A stretch of DNA of 64,000 nucleotides from Acidimicrobiia bacterium (GTDB lineage Bacteria; Actinomycetota; Acidimicrobiia; Spongiisociales; UBA5794): contig JBPCMS010000019.1 of assembly GCA_051002015.1 (NCBI GenBank), positions 4,422 to 68,421 of the forward strand. Reading direction: 5' to 3'. Position numbers and translations under genes: made by a program. Shown here in pieces: positions 1 to 9,069 of this stretch (within the stretch, counting starts at the first letter, position 1; each line of letters begins with the position of its first letter). Below the pieces are notes generated by a model, which was not told the DNA's origin, made no database searches, and saw only the letters and a list, made by a program, of their open reading frames with translations.

Positions 1-64
1 TCCCGGTGGTGGCACCGATCGTCGGTGGCATCATCGGCGTGCTCATCTGGAACGGCGTCACCTG
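1..64 (+). CDS. glpF: 3' end of MIP-family glycerol facilitator (partial; 5' end outside window)
   Basis: Frame 2 reads PVVAPIVGGIIGVLIWNGVT*, a typical last-TM tail of aquaglyceroporins. It lies directly upstream of the dha/glpK genes. Confidence 0.5.
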
Positions 65-87
65 ATCACATGACATAGTCGGATGGA

Positions 88-115
88 GGCCGGCCGGGAA
101 CATGCCCGGCCGGCC
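88..115 (+). terminator. GC-rich stem-loop between glpF and dhaK (terminator/attenuator-like)
   Basis: ggccggccggg-aacatg-cccggccggcc forms a perfect 11-bp stem with a 6-nt loop. There is no U-tract. Confidence 0.4.
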
Positions 116-135
116 GTTGCACGGAGAGGCTCAAC

Positions 136-1134
136 GTGAAGAAACTGATCAACAACGTCGATGACGTCGTACGCGAGGCCCTCGAAGGGGTCGCCGCCGC
201 CCATCCCGATCTCAAGGTGAGCCTCGACCCTTACTACGTGGCCCGCGGCGATGCCCCGGTGCAGGGCAAGGTGGCCATTGTCTCCGGGGGCGGATCGGGG
301 CACGAGCCCATGCATGGCGGCTTCGTCGGCATGGGCATGCTCGATGCCGCCTGTCCCGGTGAGGTGTTCACCTCACCCACCCCCGACCAGATGCTCGGGG
401 CCACCAAGGCCGTGTCCGGCGGAGCCGGGGTGCTCCACGTCGTCAAGAACTACACCGGCGACATCCTCAACTTCGAGATGGCGGCTGATCTCGGCGGCGA
501 GGAAGGCATCGAGGTGGCCTCGGTGGTCATCGACGACGACGTCGCCGTCAAGGACAGCCTGTACACCGCCGGCCGGCGCGGCGTGGGCGCCACCGTGCTC
601 GCCGAGAAGATCTGCGGCGCCGCCGCCGAGGAGGGCAAGTCGCTGGCCGAGGTGGCCGACCTGTGCCGCAAGGTGAACGCCAACGCCCGCTCCATGGGCA
701 TGGCGCTGACGTCATGCATCGTGCCCGCCGCCGGAGAGCCCACGTTCCAGCTCGGCGACGACGAGATGGAGATCGGGATCGGCATCCATGGCGAGCCCGG
801 TCGGGAGCGCAAGCCGATGGCGACCGCCGCCGAGATCGTCGAGATGCTCGCCGGCCCCATCGTCGAAGACCTGCCCCTCGGCGAGGGTGACAACGTCCTC
901 GCCTTCGTCAACTCGATGGGCGGCACGCCGCTGATCGAGCTGTACGTCGTGTACAACGACCTGCATCGCTTCCTCGCCGACCGGGGGATCACGATCACCC
1001 GCAACCTGATCGGGCCGTACATCACGTCGCTCGAGATGCAGGGATGCTCGATCACGCTGCTCAAGCTCGACGACGAGCTCACCGGGCTGTGGGACGCCCC
1101 GGTGAACACGCCGGGGCTGCGCTGGGGGGTGTGA
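136..1134 (+). CDS. dhaK: dihydroxyacetone kinase, DHA-binding subunit DhaK
   Basis: 332 aa with Dak1-type sequence ([15 protein letters not shown]), followed by dhaL. Confidence 0.9.
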   Translation: MKKLINNVDDVVREALEGVAAAHPDLKVSLDPYYVARGDAPVQGKVAIVSGGGSGHEPMHGGFVGMGMLDAACPGEVFTSPTPDQMLGATKAVSGGAGVLHVVKNYTGDILNFEMAADLGGEEGIEVASVVIDDDVAVKDSLYTAGRRGVGATVLAEKICGAAAEEGKSLAEVADLCRKVNANARSMGMALTSCIVPAAGEPTFQLGDDEMEIGIGIHGEPGRERKPMATAAEIVEMLAGPIVEDLPLGEGDNVLAFVNSMGGTPLIELYVVYNDLHRFLADRGITITRNLIGPYITSLEMQGCSITLLKLDDELTGLWDAPVNTPGLRWGV

Positions 1135-1775
1135 TGGCAGATGCCGTCACCCTCGATGGGGTGATCGCCTGGGTCACCGCATCGGCGGAGCGCATCGAAG
1201 AACAGAAGGCGTACCTGACCCGGCTCGACTCCGACATCGGCGACGCCGACCACGGGATCAACATGAGCCGTGGCTTCAAGGCGGCATTGGAGAAGCTCGC
1301 CACCTCGCCACCAACCGACATCAGCGGCGCCCTCGGCGGCGTCGGGATGACGATGGTGGCCAAGGTGGGCGGAGCGAGCGGGCCGCTGTACGGGACGATG
1401 TTCATCGAGATGGGCAAGGCGGCTGCGGGCAAGGAGACCCTGTCGGCGGGCGACTGGGCGGCGGTGCTCGGTGCCGGAGTGGCCGGGATCCAGCGGCGGG
1501 GCAAGGCGGAGGCGGGCGACAAGACCATGGTCGATGCCCTCCTTCCCGCCCTCGATGCGCTGGGCCGCGCAGTGGGGAACGGGTCGTCGCTCGAGGAGGC
1601 GCTGGCCGATTCGGCCGAGGCGGCACGGCAGGGGATGGAGGCCACGATCCCGCTGGTGGCTAGGAAGGGCCGGGCCAGCTACCTGGGGGAGCGGAGCGCG
1701 GGGCATCAGGATCCGGGGGCGACCTCGACCCACCTGCTGCTCCGGGCAGCCGCAGATGCATGGTCCGACAACTGA
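1134..1775 (+). CDS. dhaL: dihydroxyacetone kinase, ADP-binding subunit DhaL
   Basis: Internal ATG (MADAVTLDG...) overlaps the dhaK stop (ATGA-type junction). Dak2 motifs are present (DADHGINM, GGASGPLYG). Confidence 0.9.
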   Translation: MADAVTLDGVIAWVTASAERIEEQKAYLTRLDSDIGDADHGINMSRGFKAALEKLATSPPTDISGALGGVGMTMVAKVGGASGPLYGTMFIEMGKAAAGKETLSAGDWAAVLGAGVAGIQRRGKAEAGDKTMVDALLPALDALGRAVGNGSSLEEALADSAEAARQGMEATIPLVARKGRASYLGERSAGHQDPGATSTHLLLRAAADAWSDN

Positions 1776-1792
1776 CAAGCAAGGAGAGCTGA

Positions 1793-3289
1793 ATGAGCAA
1801 GTATTCGGCAGCAATCGATCAGGGAACGACCAGCACCCGGTTCATGGTGTTCGACCATGGCGGCAACGTGGTCGGCGTCGACCAGCGGGAGCACGAGCAG
1901 ATCTACCCGAAGCCGGGGTGGGTGGAGCATGACCCCAAGGAGGTCTGGTTCCGCACCCAAGGCGTGATCGAGGCGGGGCTGGCCAACGCCGGCATCTCCG
2001 CCTCCGATCTGGCCGCGGTGGGCATCACCAACCAGCGGGAGACCACGGTGGTGTGGGACCGCAACACCGGCGAGCCGGTGTACAACGCCCTGGTGTGGCA
2101 GGACACCCGCACCGACAAGCTGGTCGACGAGTTCTCGGCGGACGGCGGGCAGGACCGCTTCCGCTCCAAGGTGGGTCTGCCCCTGGCGACCTACTTCTCC
2201 GGCCCCAAGATCCGCTGGATCCTCGACAACGTCGAGGGCGCCAGGGCCCGGGCCGAGGCGGGAGATCTCGCCTTCGGCAACATGGACACCTGGGTGATCT
2301 GGAACCTCACCGGTGGGACCGACGGCGGGCTGCACGTCACCGACGTCACCAACGCCAGCCGCACCATGCTGATGGACCTGGCCACCCTCGACTGGGACGA
2401 CGAGATCCTGAACGTGATGGGGGTGCCCCGGTCGGTGCTTCCCGAGATCCGGTCGTCCTCCGAGGTGTACGGCGAGGCCACGGGCGTTCTCGGCGGCATC
2501 CCCGTCGCCGGCGACCTCGGTGACCAGCAGGCGGCCACCTTCGGCCAGGTCTGCTTCGACCCGGGGATGGCGAAGAACACCTACGGCACCGGCAACTTCA
2601 TGTTGCTCAACACCGGGACCGATCCGGTGGCTTCGGCCAACGGGCTGCTCACCACCTTGTGCTACAAGATCGGGGACAACGCCGCGGTGTATGCCCTGGA
2701 GGGATCGATCGCCATCACCGGGGCACTGGTGCAGTGGCTGCGTGACAATCTGGGGATGATCCAGAGCGCCGCCGAGGTCGAGGCGCTGGCCAAGACGGTC
2801 GACGACAACGGCGGGATGTACATCGTGCCTGCGTTCTCCGGGCTGTTCGCTCCCTACTGGAAGTCGGATGCCCGTGGGGTCATGGCAGGGCTCACCCGGT
2901 ACATCAACAAGGGCCACTTCGCCCGTGCCGCCCTCGAGGCGACATGCTGGCAGACCCGCGAGGTGCTCGACGCCATGAACCAGGACTCTGGTGTGGATCT
3001 CGCCGAGCTCAAGGTCGACGGCGGCATGGTGGGCAACGACCTGCTCATGCAGTACCAGGCCGACACCCTCGGGGTGCCCGTCATCCGGCCAGCCGTCGCC
3101 GAGACCACGGCGCTGGGTGCGGCATACGCCGCCGGGCTCGCCGTCGGGTTCTGGGGCGAGGTCGACGACCTGCGCGAGAACTGGGTGAAGGACAAGGACT
3201 GGCAGCCGCAGATGGACGCCGACCGGCGTGAAGCGGAGTACGCCCAGTGGAAGAAGGCGGTCACCCGCACCTTCGACTGGGTCGACTGA
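1793..3289 (+). CDS. glpK: glycerol kinase
   Basis: 498 aa, FGGY kinase with the classic GlpK N-terminus ([22 protein letters not shown]). Confidence 0.95.
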   Translation: MSKYSAAIDQGTTSTRFMVFDHGGNVVGVDQREHEQIYPKPGWVEHDPKEVWFRTQGVIEAGLANAGISASDLAAVGITNQRETTVVWDRNTGEPVYNALVWQDTRTDKLVDEFSADGGQDRFRSKVGLPLATYFSGPKIRWILDNVEGARARAEAGDLAFGNMDTWVIWNLTGGTDGGLHVTDVTNASRTMLMDLATLDWDDEILNVMGVPRSVLPEIRSSSEVYGEATGVLGGIPVAGDLGDQQAATFGQVCFDPGMAKNTYGTGNFMLLNTGTDPVASANGLLTTLCYKIGDNAAVYALEGSIAITGALVQWLRDNLGMIQSAAEVEALAKTVDDNGGMYIVPAFSGLFAPYWKSDARGVMAGLTRYINKGHFARAALEATCWQTREVLDAMNQDSGVDLAELKVDGGMVGNDLLMQYQADTLGVPVIRPAVAETTALGAAYAAGLAVGFWGEVDDLRENWVKDKDWQPQMDADRREAEYAQWKKAVTRTFDWVD

Positions 3290-3345
3290 AGCCGATCCAA
3301 CGATCGTGTGTGGGGCCCGTCCGGGCCCCACACGCATTTCCACCC

Positions 3346-5838
3346 ATGGTCGGCATCGTCCTCGTCTCGCACAGCGCCCTGATCGCCGAGGGAACGGCGC
3401 AACTGGCGCGCCAGATGGGCGGCGATGCCCCGATCGCCCCCGCCGGAGGGCTCGACGATCCGTCCGACCCCATCGGCACCGACGCCACAAGGGTGCTGGC
3501 CGCCATCGAGCAGGTGTGGTCCGAGGACGGGGTCGTGGTCCTGATGGATCTGGGGAGCGCCATCCTCTCCGCCGACTTCGCCTTGGAGATGGTCGACGAT
3601 GATCGCCGCCATCGGGTGGTGCTGTGCGAGGCACCGCTGGTCGAGGGTGCCGTCGCCGCCGCCACCGCCGCCGGGACCGGGGCGTCGCTCGAGGTCGTCC
3701 TCAGGGAGGCGCGGGCGGCGCTCACCCCCAAGGCTGCGGCGCTCGGGATCGAAACGCCGGGCACCAGCGTCGGGCCCGACGCCGCCGCCGGCACCCCGGC
3801 GGGGCCGGAGGAAGGTCGGCTCTCCCGGGTGCTGGCGGTGGCCAATCCCACCGGGCTCCACGCCCGACCGGCCGCCCGGTTCGTGGCCACTGTCGCCCGC
3901 TTCGACGCCACCGTCACCGTCGCCAACGTCACCTCCGGCGCCGGCCCGGTGCGGGGCGACAGCTTCAGCGCCATCGGCACCCTGGGGGCCCGCCGGGGCC
4001 ACGACATCGAGGTCATCGCATCGGGGCCGGGTGCGGCGGCCGTCCTGGACGCCCTCGAGGCGCTCGCCGCCGACGGGTTCGGCGACGAGCCGGGCGTCGC
4101 AGGCGCGCCCCCGGTCCGTCGCACCACAGGAGCAGGGCCGGTCGGGGCGTCGCCCGGCACCGTCTTCGGCCCGGCCCGGCATCTGGTGGCCCCGGACCCG
4201 GCAGGCGTCGAGGCCGGTGAGCCGGGGACACCGGACGAGGAGCGGGACCGGCTCGACGCCGCCATCGAGACCGTCCGTCGCACCATCACCGAGACCCGCG
4301 AGATGGCCAGTGCCAGGGCGGGGGAGGCGGAGGCCGGGATCTTCGACGCCCACCTGCTCCTCCTCGACGACGCCGAGCTGCTCGACACCGTGTACGCCGC
4401 CATCGTCGGCGGCGAGGGGGCGGTGCCGACGTGGCGGGCCGCCATCGCCGAGCTGGCCGCCCGCTTCCGCTCCCTCGACGACGAGTACCAGAGGGAGCGG
4501 GCCGCAGATGTGGAGGCGGTCGGCGGCGACGTGGTGGCCGCCATGCTCGGCATCGACACCACGGTCGAGCCGTCGGGGCCGGGCATCCTGGTCGCTCGCG
4601 ACCTCGATCCCGGCCAGACCGCCCGGCTCGATCCCGAGGTGGTGGCGGGGATACTCACCGCCGAGGGAGGGCCGACGTCCCACTCTGCCATCCTGGCCCG
4701 GTCGCTCGGCATCCCCGCCGTGGTCGCCGCCGGCCCTACGGTCCTGGAGATAGCCGAGGGCGCCGCCATCCTCATCGACGGGACCACCGGGGAGGTGGTG
4801 GTCGATCCCGACCACGAGCGGCTCCGGGCGGCAGCCGCCACCATCGCCGCCGAGCGGGAGGGGGCCAGGGTCGCCGCCGCCTCCGCCCTGGAACCTGCCT
4901 TTACCAGGGACGGGACCTCCATCGAGGTGGCCGCCAACATCGGCTCGGTCGCCGATGCCGCCGCTGCGGTCGCTCGCGGTGCCGACGGGGTGGGGCTGCT
5001 CCGCACCGAGTTCCTGTTCCTGGGCAGGGACACCGCACCCGATGAGGACGAGCAGGAGGGGGTGTACCGGGCGATTGCCCAGACCCTGGCGGGCAGGCGG
5101 CTCGTGGTCCGCACCCTCGACGTCGGCGGTGACAAGCCGCTCCCGTTCGTCACCAGACCACCCGAGGCCAACCCCTTCCTCGGGGTGCGGGGCCTCAGGC
5201 TCGGGCTGGGCGATCCCGATCTGCTCGGTACCCAGCTCCGGGCCATCGTCAGGGTGGCGGCCGACCACCGCATCGCCCTGATGTTCCCGATGGTGACCAC
5301 GGTGGCCGAGCTGCTCGAGGCGCGGCGGATGGTCGAGCAGGCCATCGCAGACACCGGGGTCACCCCGTCGGACGATTTCGAGATCGGGGTGATGGTGGAG
5401 GTACCCGCCCTCGCCGTCCTCGCCGACCGGCTGGCCCCCCACGTCGACTTCTTCAGCATCGGCACCAACGACCTCACCCAGTACGTGATGGCGGCGGAGC
5501 GGGGACACCCCGAGCTGGCAGCGATGGCCGATCCGCTCCATCCCGCCGTGCTCCGACTCGTCGCCACGGTGGGCGAGGCGGCCGCCGCCAACGGCGTCTG
5601 GGTGGGCGTGTGCGGTGAGGCGGCGGGGGATGTCGCCGCGGTGCCCGTGCTGCTCGGGGTCGGCGTCACCGAGCTGTCGGCGAGCCCGGCGCTGGTCCCT
5701 GCCGTCAAGCAAGCCGTCCGCCTGGTCGACCTGTCCGAGGCGGCCGAGCTGGCCGGGACCGTCATCTCCCTCGACGGTGCGGAGGAGGTGCGGGCGGCGG
5801 TGGCCCGCTTCCTCTCACCGCCCCCCGAGGGAGGCTGA
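3346..5838 (+). CDS. dhaM: DhaM (EIIA-Man-like) - HPr - full Enzyme I fusion phosphotransferase
   Basis: Start at internal ATG (MVGIVLVSHS, EIIA-Man-like His). HPr domain (GLHARPAARF). EI N-domain (GGPTSHSAILARSLGIPAV) plus PEP-binding barrel (LRTEFLF, FFSIGTNDLTQY, VCGEAAGD). Confidence 0.85.
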   Translation: MVGIVLVSHSALIAEGTAQLARQMGGDAPIAPAGGLDDPSDPIGTDATRVLAAIEQVWSEDGVVVLMDLGSAILSADFALEMVDDDRRHRVVLCEAPLVEGAVAAATAAGTGASLEVVLREARAALTPKAAALGIETPGTSVGPDAAAGTPAGPEEGRLSRVLAVANPTGLHARPAARFVATVARFDATVTVANVTSGAGPVRGDSFSAIGTLGARRGHDIEVIASGPGAAAVLDALEALAADGFGDEPGVAGAPPVRRTTGAGPVGASPGTVFGPARHLVAPDPAGVEAGEPGTPDEERDRLDAAIETVRRTITETREMASARAGEAEAGIFDAHLLLLDDAELLDTVYAAIVGGEGAVPTWRAAIAELAARFRSLDDEYQRERAADVEAVGGDVVAAMLGIDTTVEPSGPGILVARDLDPGQTARLDPEVVAGILTAEGGPTSHSAILARSLGIPAVVAAGPTVLEIAEGAAILIDGTTGEVVVDPDHERLRAAAATIAAEREGARVAAASALEPAFTRDGTSIEVAANIGSVADAAAAVARGADGVGLLRTEFLFLGRDTAPDEDEQEGVYRAIAQTLAGRRLVVRTLDVGGDKPLPFVTRPPEANPFLGVRGLRLGLGDPDLLGTQLRAIVRVAADHRIALMFPMVTTVAELLEARRMVEQAIADTGVTPSDDFEIGVMVEVPALAVLADRLAPHVDFFSIGTNDLTQYVMAAERGHPELAAMADPLHPAVLRLVATVGEAAAANGVWVGVCGEAAGDVAAVPVLLGVGVTELSASPALVPAVKQAVRLVDLSEAAELAGTVISLDGAEEVRAAVARFLSPPPEGG

Positions 5839-5924
5839 CCCCCATCTCGCTAGCCTTCGGGATGGCGTCACGGTTTGGCCGAGCAGCCGCCGGGTATGTC
5901 GTGCAGGACAAGAGAGGTGTGGTG

Positions 5925-6326
5925 ATGACCCAAGACAACAAGACCACCGATGGCTCCGACCCGGACTTCGCTCGTGTTGAGCATGAGGGTGCCGTGGACG
6001 AGACCGAGGCGGATGTCGCTCGTGGTGAGCGTGAGGATGCCGTAGAGACCGACCCGGATTTCGCTCGTGGTGAGTGGGAGGGTGCCGTAGACGACCCGGA
6101 GTCGGATTTCGCTCGTGGTGAGCGGGAGGGTGCCGTAGAGATCGACCCGGATTTCGCCCGTGGTCAACGTGAGCGTGCCGAAGACGACACCGAGTCGGAC
6201 TTCGCCCGTGGTCAGCGCACCCTTCCCGAGGATGACACCGAGTCGGACTTCGCCCGTGGTCAGCATGAGGGCGGCGACGAGGAGACCGACCCGGAGCCGG
6301 CCGGGGGCGAGCGCCCAGCCGGTTAG
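5925..6326 (+). CDS. acidic tandem-repeat protein (7 x D-x-D-F-A-R-G-[EQ] units), unknown function
   Basis: SD gagagg lies about 7 nt upstream of the ATG (MTQDNKTT...). Seven 15-16 aa repeats. Codon usage is T-ending (GCT CGT GGT GAT), unlike neighbouring genes. The opposite strand is also open. Confidence 0.5.
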   Translation: MTQDNKTTDGSDPDFARVEHEGAVDETEADVARGEREDAVETDPDFARGEWEGAVDDPESDFARGEREGAVEIDPDFARGQRERAEDDTESDFARGQRTLPEDDTESDFARGQHEGGDEETDPEPAGGERPAG

Positions 6327-6423
6327 ACCCCGACGGGAGTACACCGCAGGCCGGTGAGAACCGAGCCGGGGTGCACCCGACAGTGGCCGGACCGGGGACG
6401 GCGTCCCCCGATCGGCCGCCGCC

Positions 6424-8781
6424 CTACGACGAGGCTTCGTCCCGGGTGGCGAGCGACCCGATACGGTCGGCCAGCACGGCGATCTCGGCGGCAAAGGTTT
6501 TGCGGCACGCCACCACGTCGGGCCCCGCCTCGAAGACGCCGCGGTGGCGGGCGAGGGTCACCGCCGTCTCGAACAGGATCTTCGACACCGACTGCCCGGA
6601 GGCGATGGCACCGGTCGCCACCGCTTCCCGTCCCCGCTTCATCGCCCGGTCCACCAGCGACCCCTGGTCGATGGTGCCCATGAAGGCGTCCTCCTCGATG
6701 ATCTCGGCCACCACCCGGTAGGCGTCGATGAAGGGGCGGAGAACGGCAGGGGAACGGAACGGGCGGAAGGCGTCGAGCACCGCGGCCGCCTGGCCGGCAC
6801 CGAGGCGGTCCCGCCAGTCCGGGGCCCGGTCGTCCAGCTCGGTGGAGATTCGGGCGTCGAAGATGTCGCGCCCGGCGAAGAAGAACTCGAACAGCAGCAC
6901 CCCGCGGATCCGCCTCGCCTCGGCCAGCACCGCCTCCGCCGGGTCGGGCTCGTCGCCGCTGATCCCGGCGACAGCCAGCTCGGCGATGGCGCCGTCGACG
7001 AAGAAGTGGATGACCATGTTGCGGTAGTAGGCGGCGGCGAGCAGCGAGTCGCCGGCGATCTGGTAGCGGATGGTGTCCCCGTCGACCAGGCGACGGATCA
7101 TGCCGTGGAGGAGGAGCTCGTCGACGGCGGCCCCGACCACCTTGCGATCATCGAGGGCCTCGTCGACGGTGACCGGTAGCTGGCGGCGGCGGGCCTCGGC
7201 CGCGTAGGGAGCAACCGCCTCGACCACTTGGTCGAACTCGAGCGGGGTGTCATCGTCACCGAGCAACACCAGCGTGACCAGCGAGATGGGGCTGATCGGC
7301 ATCACCTCGTTGATCCGGTTGGCGATCTCGAAGGCGAGCTTGGGGATGGCTGCGCTCCTTGTGTCGTCGGCGTCCGTGGGGTCCTCACCGATCTCGGCGA
7401 GGAAGGCGCGCAGCGAGATCGGCGCCCCGAGCCGCAGGTAGATCGATCCGTACCGGCGCTGCAGCCCGCGGATCACGCGAACCATCCATCCGAAGGTCTC
7501 CGGGCGTTTGGGGGCGCCGGACTGCTCGGCGGCGTAGCTCTGCACGTCCTGGATCTGGTCGTATGCGATCGCCACCGGGATGAACATCACGTCCTCCGCG
7601 GCTCCCCGCAGGTACGCCTCCACCACATAGGCGAGGATCCCCAGCCGGGGCGGGAGCAGCTTGCCGGTGCGGGAACGGGCGCCCTCGATATACCACTCCA
7701 GCGGGAAGCGCCGCTGCAGCAGGTAGTCGATGTAGCGGCGGAGCACGAACTTGTAGGGCTCGTTGTCCTTGAACTCGCGGCGGATGAAGAACACCCCCGA
7801 ACGCCTGATCAGCGGGCCCACCGGGAAGAAGTTCATGTTGATCCCGCCGGCGGTGTGGTTGGGGGGCAGCCCGTTCTCGTAGAGGGCGAACTGGAGGCTC
7901 TGATGGTCGAAGTGCGACTTGTGGGTGGGGAGGAACACCAGCGGGTAGCGCTGCCCCATCTGGTAGAGGGCGGCGAGCTCCTCGCTGTCGTAGTCCAGCT
8001 CGACGTATGCCTTGGAGATGAGCTTGCGGAACCCGCCGGTCACCAGGTCGATCATCCACGGCGAATGCGTGGCTGCGATCTCCCGCACGTAGCGGGCGGT
8101 GCGTGCCGCCATCCGCTCGTACGAGGTCCCGGCGTCCCGAGCCAGCCTGGCCACCCCTGCCTGGAACTCGGTGCTCTCCAGCAGGCTCTCCCTCGGGAAC
8201 TTGGGGACCTTGTACCGGGTTCCCCGCAGCTCCCGCTCCGAGCGCTCCAAGGTCAGCCACGCCCGCCGGGCGATCTCGTCCACCAGGCTGCGCCCCTCGA
8301 CCACCGCATCCGACTCCGTCCACGATCGGCGCAACTCGGGGAGCCGGGCGGTGGCGCCGCGGATGATGCGGACCCGGTCCGGGTGGCGTCGGTAGGTGAT
8401 GAACTGGTGGATCATCCCGGGGTCACGCGGATCGCCGACGGTGAACAGGTCGGTGAGCTTGACGGTGCGTCGGCCCTCCCGTTGTGGGGCCAGCCAGACC
8501 ACCCGCAGCGGGACGACAAGAGCGTCCTCGTCTGCTGCGACGAAGGCCGAAAGGGCGGGGTCGTGCCCGTTGCGGGCGGGCGACCTCCTGGTGGTGGGGA
8601 GGCGGGCCACCTGCACCTGCTTGGGATCGACCTCGGCGGGGCGGTTCCGCTCCAGCCAGGCGTCGAGCAGCCGGCGCTCCAGCGGCCCCGACGTCTCCAC
8701 CACGAACAGGTACGGACCCTGCCCGTCCGGCCAGGTCGGCTCGTCGGCTACTTGGAACGATGGCGCCGTGATCTCGTCCAT
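6424..8781 (-). CDS. plsB: glycerol-3-phosphate acyltransferase PlsB-like
   Basis: About 785 aa from internal ATG MDEITAPSF. Acyltransferase HX4D motif (HKSHFDH) within a PlsB-length architecture. Confidence 0.85.
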   Translation of the reverse strand: MDEITAPSFQVADEPTWPDGQGPYLFVVETSGPLERRLLDAWLERNRPAEVDPKQVQVARLPTTRRSPARNGHDPALSAFVAADEDALVVPLRVVWLAPQREGRRTVKLTDLFTVGDPRDPGMIHQFITYRRHPDRVRIIRGATARLPELRRSWTESDAVVEGRSLVDEIARRAWLTLERSERELRGTRYKVPKFPRESLLESTEFQAGVARLARDAGTSYERMAARTARYVREIAATHSPWMIDLVTGGFRKLISKAYVELDYDSEELAALYQMGQRYPLVFLPTHKSHFDHQSLQFALYENGLPPNHTAGGINMNFFPVGPLIRRSGVFFIRREFKDNEPYKFVLRRYIDYLLQRRFPLEWYIEGARSRTGKLLPPRLGILAYVVEAYLRGAAEDVMFIPVAIAYDQIQDVQSYAAEQSGAPKRPETFGWMVRVIRGLQRRYGSIYLRLGAPISLRAFLAEIGEDPTDADDTRSAAIPKLAFEIANRINEVMPISPISLVTLVLLGDDDTPLEFDQVVEAVAPYAAEARRRQLPVTVDEALDDRKVVGAAVDELLLHGMIRRLVDGDTIRYQIAGDSLLAAAYYRNMVIHFFVDGAIAELAVAGISGDEPDPAEAVLAEARRIRGVLLFEFFFAGRDIFDARISTELDDRAPDWRDRLGAGQAAAVLDAFRPFRSPAVLRPFIDAYRVVAEIIEEDAFMGTIDQGSLVDRAMKRGREAVATGAIASGQSVSKILFETAVTLARHRGVFEAGPDVVACRKTFAAEIAVLADRIGSLATRDEASS

Positions 8782-8926
8782 GCCGTCAATGTACAGGCGT
8801 AGCGCCCGGGGATACCGATGGATCGCCTTTCCCTCCCGGCATGTTTCCCCTCCCATCGGGAGGGGTGCCCGGCGAAGCCGGGCGGGGTGGGATACGACGC
8901 CCCGTCCCCGCGCCGTGGGGTGGCCC

Positions 8927-9066
8927 CTACCCGACCTTGAAGGAGTCCATGACGAACCTGCGGATCACGAAGCCGTCGAACGTCTCCTCGTACCACAGCG
9001 TGATGCCAGTGCTGGCGTCGACCACCTGCCGGGAGTGGAACGAGCCGGTGAGCGGCTCCGGTTCGT
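8927..9066 (-). other. orphan coding-like frame without a canonical start (gene remnant or unconventional small ORF)
   Basis: Frame reads ..NEPEPLTGSFHSRQVVDASTGITLWYEETFDGFVIRRFVMDSFKVG*. Nearly all third codon positions are G/C. It starts immediately after the amidohydrolase stop, in the -1 frame. Confidence 0.35.
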
Positions 9067-9069
9067 TAC

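Noticed and set aside
1706-5765. Very long antisense ORFs (1706..3634-, 2854..5712-, 3261..5765-, and similar ones such as 43550..45610-, 21471..22856-, 34909..36828-, 39069..40895-)
   Set aside because: They lie opposite well-supported conserved genes. They translate to Arg/Pro/Gly/Ala-rich low-complexity sequence with no recognisable motifs, as expected for stop-poor shadow frames in very GC-rich DNA.
5868-6494. Minus-strand reading of the tandem repeat (LTTSEIRVGLYGTLPL units) as the real gene
   Set aside because: It has no SD or clear start context, and its 5' part would overlap the plsB 3' end. The plus-strand frame has an SD plus ATG and a clean stop. The strand call remains unproven and is flagged in the finding.
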